DNA of 16,205 nt from Azolla caroliniana (taxonomy: Eukaryota; Plantae; Polypodiophyta). Position 1 is the first letter of the stretch. Each line of letters begins with the position of its first letter. Made by a program: the position numbers and the translations under genes. The notes beneath the pieces were generated by a model. The model ran no database searches. It saw nothing but the letters and a program-made list of their open reading frames with translations, and was not told where the DNA came from. The stretch covers positions 1 to 16,205 of the forward strand of contig JBHGNT010000758.1 of NCBI GenBank assembly GCA_043228905.1. Reading direction: 5' to 3'. Below are positions 9,381 through 16,205 of this stretch, piece by piece.

Positions 9381-12300
9381 CTGCAAATACACAAAAAAGA
9401 ACAGGGGCATTGCATCAATCTTGTTGGTATTTCAAAACCAATGTATTTTTATTTTCTTTCAAAAGGGAAAAAAAGTACATATTATTTACAGATTCTAAAA
9501 TTTAAAATAGCAGACAAACTAATTTAAAATTTAAAATTTGTTACTTCATGAAGAAAAAGTACTTATACAATACATATACACCATTTAGGATCTTTGTTTA
9601 ACCTTGTAATCTGTTTCTTCCATTCCTCTTATTCTCCAGCCCCCGCGGTGCATCATCTACAAGAGCTACCTTGACAGCAGTATTTTGTTTCCTTGGTTTT
9701 TTACAGAGTTTAGAGTCCAAAGCTCTATTGGGAGCTTTCACATTGCTTTGTCTAGCAGGATCATGGACATTTGTTAGCGTACTTGCAAGCAATGCTTCTC
9801 GTCGTCTAGAGGGCATATGACTTAACAACCGCCTAAAGCTTTGTTCAGGAACACTAGATCCTCCATGAGTAGTTGTATCAAATGTCTCTGGATTCCGAAT
9901 CTTTGAAGACAATCTTTGCTCAACCTACATAGGATGTAGACATTTCTTTTCATGCTTGGAGTTGATACTTGTCTCAATTACAGAATGCAAAGGCTGTATG
10001 TAATACAGCACATATATTTTAGCATTGATATGAAATGGAACATTTATATATTGGCATTGATATTAATAACATGGAATCCAGTTGTTAGGCTATATGTGGG
10101 TTTCTAAATACATACCAATGTGTACCTGAATAGATACATTTGGAACAAGGATTGTGTACTATTATCTATATGCATGTCTTAATGGTGATAATAAAAAATT
10201 TACCCTCCAACTCCACATCAATTTGTATTCATCTACATACATATAATACAGTCCCCTCTATTATATCTCATCAGTGTGACACACATAGTTTGGTTCATAA
10301 TCACCATACTACTATTGAATCTGATTTGTTTGGCTCTAGTAGCTGCAATTCTCAGATCGACAAGCATCACCAATGTTTCCAGGTAATACCTGCTTTGAGC
10401 CACCATCAGGCAGGTTCACCGAACGAGAGTCTTGAGCCTTGGTAATTTCAACTTCATTCACAAGATTCGATGATTCCAACCCATAAAAACAATGATCCAA
10501 AGAACCAAGTCCAACAATATCTATCGAAGTTTTGTTATCACTTTCTGATTTTGCTTTCCCCAGAGAATGATCAGCAGCCACATTTTCAGCATTGGTTTCA
10601 GGAAGTGGCACTACCTCAGGCTCATGATCCTCAACCGCAGATAATGAGTTTTTCACAATATTGGGGATTCCATGATATGAACCATTAGAGCAGGCTTCTT
10701 CACTAATAAAAGCAGCAGCTTGAGGTGGGATCAGTAATTGATCTACACCTTCTCGTATGTAAAATAGCATGTAAGCCTCTTGACGAAGAACAGTTGTCTC
10801 ACTCACTCTAGTTACCTGCAAGCCAAAGATATTGTCATACAAATGCATTGGCTTGGGTTTAACTGATCAGTCCTCCAGTGATGAGATATACAGATGTGTC
10901 ACAATGGGGCTTAATGTATCAACCTTAAGTGATTAAGTATATACACATGCATCTGATGTTTAGATTTAGCCTATTATCACTTACATGAATAAATGCAAAT
11001 GTGAATTGGCAAGATATATTCAAAAAATCCTGATGACAATACAAATAAAACTGCATTTTCAGAGATTAACGATCATGAATACACATAAAAATGCATTGCC
11101 AGCCACGGTTGAATGATCAATACCCATGTGAATAAGTAGATAAGTTTATTCCCAGGATTCAATGATAAACAGACATGTGAATAAATACATAGATGCATTG
11201 CTAGGTTGTACAACACTGTAATTCATCCAAAGAAAGCAGTGTCATACCACACTATCATTCATCCAATGCCAAATGCCCGGAGAAGTCTGGACATAACAGT
11301 AGTAATGACCAGATGTTGTACACCATCCTGAATGCACTAGCACTGCATATAACCTATACTTCCAGTCATGCTCCTGCAAATTAATGAGAAATAGCACTTA
11401 GCATGATAATAACTAAAAAAAGAATTAAGAAACTATAGCCACTTACCAAGATTGGTACTCCATTGTCTTTTTTATTGAAAGATGTAAGGTCAAGGGATGT
11501 TCCATAACTAATGTTTTTCTCTATCTTGGTGGGGAACATTAATGAAGCTGTCTTGAAACGTTTGAGCTGAATCACCAAGACTTGAGGTGACTTATCAAAA
11601 CTCAATTGTTTTGATCGGTTCGATTCTTCCTTGCATTTTGAGCAAGAAACTTTGCTGTCCTCTTGCAAGTCTTCCACTGCCATGAAATTGGAGAGAGCTT
11701 CTTCTACAGAGTGGCAGCTCTCAACCTCCAGGCTAAGACCCAGAAAAGCCTCAACTGAATCAGAGCTATGGAAGCATGAATTACATCTTACCTAAGCATG
11801 AGAAAAGCCCGTTATCATTAGTTCCTTGGTACGCGGTCAATTGATGCAACATCAAGGTGGATATTAACTCATTGATATTATTTGTTACCTGGCTCCTTAA
11901 CTGTCCAATGAATATATCAGACACAAAGTTAGTATCCTCAGTCATACATTTTGGGGCTGTGCTGCTGCCATTGGACAGGCTGCATTTCTGCAGAACTTCA
12001 ATGAGAAAGAAGAAGCATTCATGGGCATCCTGTTGCTCTCCTGGAACAAAAGACTTTGATATCTCTAATAATAGTCAAGGATTACCCAAAAAGAAAGACA
12101 TTGAAATTTTACTACAATTGAGGATCATCCAGAAAACAACTGACTAAATACTTTCACAATTGAGTAGATCAAAATGGATATGATACTAGATATTCTCATC
12201 TATAGGCAGATAAATAGATCTAACTGAGCAATTTCTCTTGAACTTTAATGAAAATGACCAAGTGCTATCCTGCTCTATGGGAAATCAATAACTTCAGCTT

Positions 12301-13456
12301 GATACCACTAAATACAGTTGAGAATCACCAAACAAAGAAACTAGATATCTTCACAATTGAGTATCACCCGAGAGAGACATTGGTTATTCTGTATTTGACA
12401 AAAATATATTATACATTTCTACAGTTGAGAATTGCTCAAAAAAGATGAGTCATCTAAAAGGGAAAAAAGAGGACTAAATGATCCCATTCAGCAGTTGAGG
12501 ACAAGTACAAATAGATCTCTGAGAGGATACGGGTAAGATTATTCGCAAGGAATGAAGGAGATATAGTCCCCCCCAATGTAGACAAAACAGTCTTGATGTG
12601 AGCCTCCATAGCACACATTCCACAAAATCCTCTTCTCTGACCTAAAATCCAATAAAAAACAAAATGAAATCTCCTCGCATACATCTAGTTCGGGAGAGTT
12701 AAAAAGCATAGAAAATTTGTATTCTATAATAATACATGCGATATCAAAAGCAACATAAGGGAGTCGATATTATTGAAAGATGAAGCTACTTACAGGATAC
12801 ATTATGCTCATTCCTCAGCATTGTGTTGGCTAGAGGGGCTGTATATGTTAGACATTGAAGAACGGCATTCAAGAAACAAGTGTTGCCCAAGTTTATGAGC
12901 CCTGCATACTGTATATATAGGTCAAGAAAGAGAAGATGGATGGATCAATGTTATAGTAAATGTATGCATGCATTGCATATCTTCAGTATTATGATTTTGC
13001 AATCCCCAAGAAAACTAGAAAATGAAGTAAAACTTCAGGATCTCAAGTAAAGCAGATAAGACATGAATGTGTTTACCAGCAATCCCTCATGAAATTTCTC
13101 ATCTGTGATTCTTAACAGGACCAGATAAAACTGATTTTTGTCCTGAGAACCTCCAAATAAAATGAATTCAAAAAATTTCCTGAGACATGAATTCATCATG
13201 ATCCATACTCAAACCAGGAAAATATATACACATTAAAACTCTACAGCATCCCTCAGATAGAATATTTAAGCAATGCCTTTATTAAAAAAAATGAAAAATA
13301 TATACATTAATCATTGATACATGTAAAATTCTTCATAATTGGTAATAAAACCAGGTAAAGCATGCAAAAAAAAAAATTTACATGTTATGACCCATCATAT
13401 GCAATGGAAAAAATACCTCAAACAGCATGAACCACCATTACCATTATCATAATGTG

Positions 13457-13487
<31 letters not shown>

Positions 13488-14301
13488 AAAGGCAGAAACC
13501 CTACCATTCGATAAAAGAAAGAAAATTTCAAACTACACAAAACGTGAAAAATCTTTAAACTTTCTATGAGAATCAATTGGGCTCACCATCACATATACTA
13601 TGTAAACACCGGAACCAGGACCAAAAGAAGAAATATAAATTTTCCATATGACAATAGGAGACACAAAGTATGCCATAGAAGATAATAAGAGACTCTGATG
13701 AAATTCTGACTCCACAAAAGAAACCTATAACCCCATAAAAATTACATAAAATCCACATATGAAACAACAAAACCTTAAAATACGAGGATATTCCACAAAT
13801 AAACCCATACAAAAACACTAGGAACCCCTAATAATCCACATAAGAGACCCTGATATTCTATATAAAAGTAACAAAAAATCCTAAACATCCAAATAAGTAA
13901 ATCTAGTTTTTCAGATAAAAACGCAGATCATTTTATACAAAAAAAAAGATAGCCCTAATATTTCACATGCAATTATCTCAGTTTTCGTAAAAACCGATAA
14001 CTCTAACATTTCACATAGCAAAACACTTTGAGATTCAAAGGAAGAGAAAAAAAACCTTGTGATCTGATTCGTTCTCTTCGAAAGACTCCTCAAGCTCTCC
14101 ATTAGAACAAGGGTTGAACTCTGTCCACCCATCTGTAACAGAATCCACGCAGTGTGAAAGATCACCGCCCGAACAAAACCTATTGTTATCACCCCATGGT
14201 CTCCATGAAGAAACATATCTATCGGGTGGTGATGAAGAAGAGCAGGGAAAATCGTCCCAGCCCAAATTGGCCTCCTCTTTTGTGTCCATATGATTCTCCA
14301 T
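9199..14301 (-). CDS. Ubiquitin carboxyl-terminal hydrolase / ubiquitin-specific protease (peptidase C19, UBP20/21/23-like); provisional complement(join(9199..9380,9603..9924,10390..10815,11248..11373,11447..11791,11889..12064,12531..12641,12794..12908,13077..13142,14056..14301)), ~704 aa
   Basis: Cys box [27 protein letters not shown] motif, Zn-finger pairs CNSC and [13 protein letters not shown], His box [33 protein letters not shown]. The catalytic exons join in frame with GT-AG introns. Exon 2 and the last three exons are less certain. Confidence 0.88.
9603..9924 (-). CDS. UBP C-terminal exon ([13 protein letters not shown]...[16 protein letters not shown]...RNRLQ)
   Basis: Open frame of 107 codons flanked by tgtag| and G|GTTAAA, lying between AT-rich intron-like sequence. 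Confidence 0.65.
10390..10815 (-). CDS. UBP exon ending the catalytic domain (EAYMLFYIR) plus C-terminal extension
   Basis: tgcag|[23 protein letters not shown]...; the donor CAG|GTATTA after 10390 is the best candidate but not certain. Confidence 0.8.
11248..11373 (-). CDS. UBP exon with His box
   Basis: [42 protein letters not shown]; tgcag| acceptor, GTG|GTATGA donor. Confidence 0.94.
11447..11791 (-). CDS. UBP exon (finger domain, CxxC pairs, VLVIQLKRF)
   Basis: [23 protein letters not shown]...CSKCKE...[11 protein letters not shown]...; 345 nt; donor TTG|GTAAGT. Confidence 0.92.
11889..12064 (-). CDS. UBP exon with QQDAHE motif
   Basis: [28 protein letters not shown]...[11 protein letters not shown]; donor CAG|GTAACA. 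Confidence 0.92.
12065..12530 (-). other. U12-type (minor spliceosome) GT-AG intron in the UBP gene
   Basis: 5' splice site GTATCCTC; branch site TCCTTGAC at 12081-12074, 9 nt before the intron end; no polypyrimidine tract; phase 1. Confidence 0.82.
12531..12641 (-). CDS. UBP exon ([17 protein letters not shown]...LANNLT)
   Basis: tttag| acceptor, phase 1/1, typical FCxxC segment after the Cys box; donor C|GTATCCTC. Confidence 0.9.
12794..12908 (-). CDS. UBP exon with Cys box (catalytic Cys)
   Basis: tacag|[38 protein letters not shown], donor T|GTAAGT. Confidence 0.93.
13077..13142 (-). CDS. Putative UBP coding exon 2 ([22 protein letters not shown])
   Basis: ctcag| acceptor and CTG|GTAAAC donor give 66 nt, phase 0/0. 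It is skippable, and an alternative in-frame acceptor exists. Confidence 0.4.
13457..13487. repeat. (AT)n(GT)n microsatellite in UBP intron 1
   Basis: Directly visible. Confidence 0.92.
14056..14301 (-). CDS. UBP coding exon 1 (acidic N-terminal region [10 protein letters not shown]...ENESDHK)
   Basis: ATG at 14301, 82 codons, phase-0 donor AAG|GTTTTT followed by T-rich intron. Confidence 0.7.
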
Positions 14302-14375
14302 AGAATCCCTGTCTTCTGACGCTTTTAATCTGTTGCTTCTAAGCTTGTAGAGCCTTTACTTTGAAATTAAAACTA

Positions 14376-14724
14376 AAACCCTAATTTCAAAATTCCAGGA
14401 TATTCTGCTTTTTGCCAAATGGAGCCCCTAAAAAAACTGAATCTTAATTTCATGCCAAAGAAAGAAAAAGAAAAAAATGAAACCGTAAAAAAAAAAAGGT
14501 TTGTTTGAGAGCTCGACGAAATCCTAATTCCTGCCAAAAATATTGCTAGAAAGGCCTAAGTAATGACTACAAACCCAGCTGTGATAACAGAGGAGAAGAC
14601 TCAAAAAATAAAAATTGTGACACTAAAGCTCTAACCTTTCTTAAGAGGCAAAATGAGAAACCCTAACCAAGAAATAGATCTGAAGCAGGGAGATTGGGGA
14701 CACAGAGAAAGAGAGAGAGAGAGA
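14376..14724 (-). promoter_or_regulatory. UBP 5' region with two telo-boxes (AAACCCTAA at 14376-14384 and 14658-14666) and a GA/CT tract (14704-14724)
   Basis: Motifs are typical of plant housekeeping-gene leaders and core promoters. A possible 5'-UTR intron lies at ~14339-14635. Confidence 0.5.
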
Positions 14725-14957
14725 CAGCAGCAAATGGCGAGAGAGGAAGGATTAGAAATCGCCCAACAAAAAAAAGGATGAAGAAGGTGTTGTAGATAGA
14801 ATGGCAGGGCGGGCAGACATAGAGATATGTATGTATGGAAAGATTTGTGGAGGGAAAAATAAAATCAAACCCTGAATTTCATTACATACATATTTGTACT
14901 GTATAGTATATACATATGTATATTCTTCTTATTGTTATCGATACTAAACCATTTTTA

Positions 14958-15206
14958 AACGGTTCAGCGGTTCGGTTCGGTTCGGTCTGGGCTTGAGCTT
15001 CCTTAACCGATTTGAACTCCGTTTGGGATGGCTCGAGCCGATTTCGGCCAAACCAGTTTTGTCTTAATCGGCTTCGCTAAACTAGTTTTGGCTTAACCGA
15101 CTTGGCCAAACTGGTTATAGCCTTAACCAGTTTAGGAACCGGTTTGGTTCAAGTTTGGAAATTCGCAAACCGGTTAAGCCAAACTCGAACCGTTGTTGAA
15201 TCCCTA
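14958..15206. mobile_element. Degenerate non-autonomous DNA transposon (hAT/MITE-like)
   Basis: Right end reads TAGGGATTCAAC on the minus strand, like the Ac/Ds TIR start TAGGGATG. CGGTT/AACCG pentamers in opposite orientations at the two ends, inverted AACGGTTC/GAACCGTT, and internal ~30-bp repeats. Left TIR and TSD not found. Confidence 0.55.
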
Positions 15207-16205
15207 CACACCACCCACCTCAATGATGGTCATCGCTTGTCTACATGCTCTAAGCCTTATGCATGACGGGTTGCTCACTTCGATACTGCCCTTATCTATT
15301 GTCTTCATGCTTCTAGTCACTTGGTCCGTGGACTCATGAGGGTTCCCAAGCTTTGTAGCTTGGGGATCAACAATAATATGCATGTATAGTAGTGCACGTA
15401 CATGGTTCGGTTCACCCATATGCTCATATGCTCTCATGCACAACAAAGTCACTAGATTCTTCTTCTTCTTATCGGTAGCCACTATCCTTGCATTCACTTT
15501 GTTGGCGAAAGGTGATGCAACTTGGGATCCTGACTTATGGATACCATAATGATTGTTCTATATGAATACAAAGTTTGCAACATTCTACCCATGCCAAATT
15601 TGTGTTGGGACCATGGAAATAATAGATGGCTACCCCACCAATATAGTAGGAAGATTCATATCAAAATGTCTCCATGATTCATGGGATATGGAGAAGTTAC
15701 CACAGCTCCCTTCCAAGGGAAATTCAGTCCCAATCATTAATACCTAATTGTGTTCCATTCTTCAATGGTGTTCTACCTACTAGTGCACTACATAAACCAG
15801 GGCACTCGATCCTTGCAGGCATTAACACGAATTCTTAGGGAAGTTTTAAATCAAGCAAAATTATAGGTGCAATTATGCCAATTATTCATACCTTCTCCAC
15901 ATAAATAAATGGAACAAAAGGATGGTCTTTCACATTACTCATAGTAGACTAAAAGTACAAATGCAAGAACTTATCAATATATGTAGACTACCCAAAATAG
16001 CAAGACCTAATGGACTCCCCACAATAAGACCCAATGCGTGGTTTGACTCACATCACCATGATCCCTACAAACCGATCTAAATAAGAAGTACGTACCTTAC
16101 ACCTTTCAACCAATAGGGTCAACAACAAAATAGATGAGCGAATCACTTTACTCTTTTTCTTAGGCTAATCTCGCAAAACCACCTAGAGTTTTAGGACCAT
16201 TAGCT

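Noticed and set aside
10081-10240. Candidate micro-exons of the UBP gene (10 nt near 10116-10125 and 29 nt near 10204-10232)
   Set aside because: Splice-like signals are present, but I could not place them in a consistent open frame with confidence.
12114-15126. Repeated motifs at 12114-12499 and 15038-15126 as CRISPR-like arrays
   Set aside because: Eukaryotic context, short or degenerate repeats, no regular unique spacers and no cas genes.

Overview
Eukaryotic (land-plant-type) genomic DNA with two convergent intron-containing genes. Plus strand: an 8-coding-exon PB1-domain Raf-like protein kinase (B4-type MAPKKK, ~1320 aa, 1510-7049). All seven introns are GT-AG and the exon phases join into one open frame. 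Minus strand: a ~10-exon ubiquitin-specific protease (peptidase C19, UBP20/21/23-like, ~700 aa, 14301 to ~9199) with intact Cys and His boxes and uncertain 3' exons. One of its introns (12065-12530) carries minor-spliceosome (U12-type) signals. Upstream of the kinase lie microsatellites and two blocks of 6-nt telomere-like (CCCTAA) repeats. Upstream of the UBP lie telo-boxes, a GA tract, a decayed hAT/MITE-like element and a possible decayed coding relic. More speculative observations are a C/D-box snoRNA-like cassette antisense to a UBP intron, a microsatellite-containing uORF whose stop would sit 3 nt before the kinase AUG, and alternative hydrophobic or soluble C-termini for the UBP. There are no prokaryotic features, and most short ORFs in the track are artefacts of repeats or antisense frames. 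All calls were made by eye without database searches.
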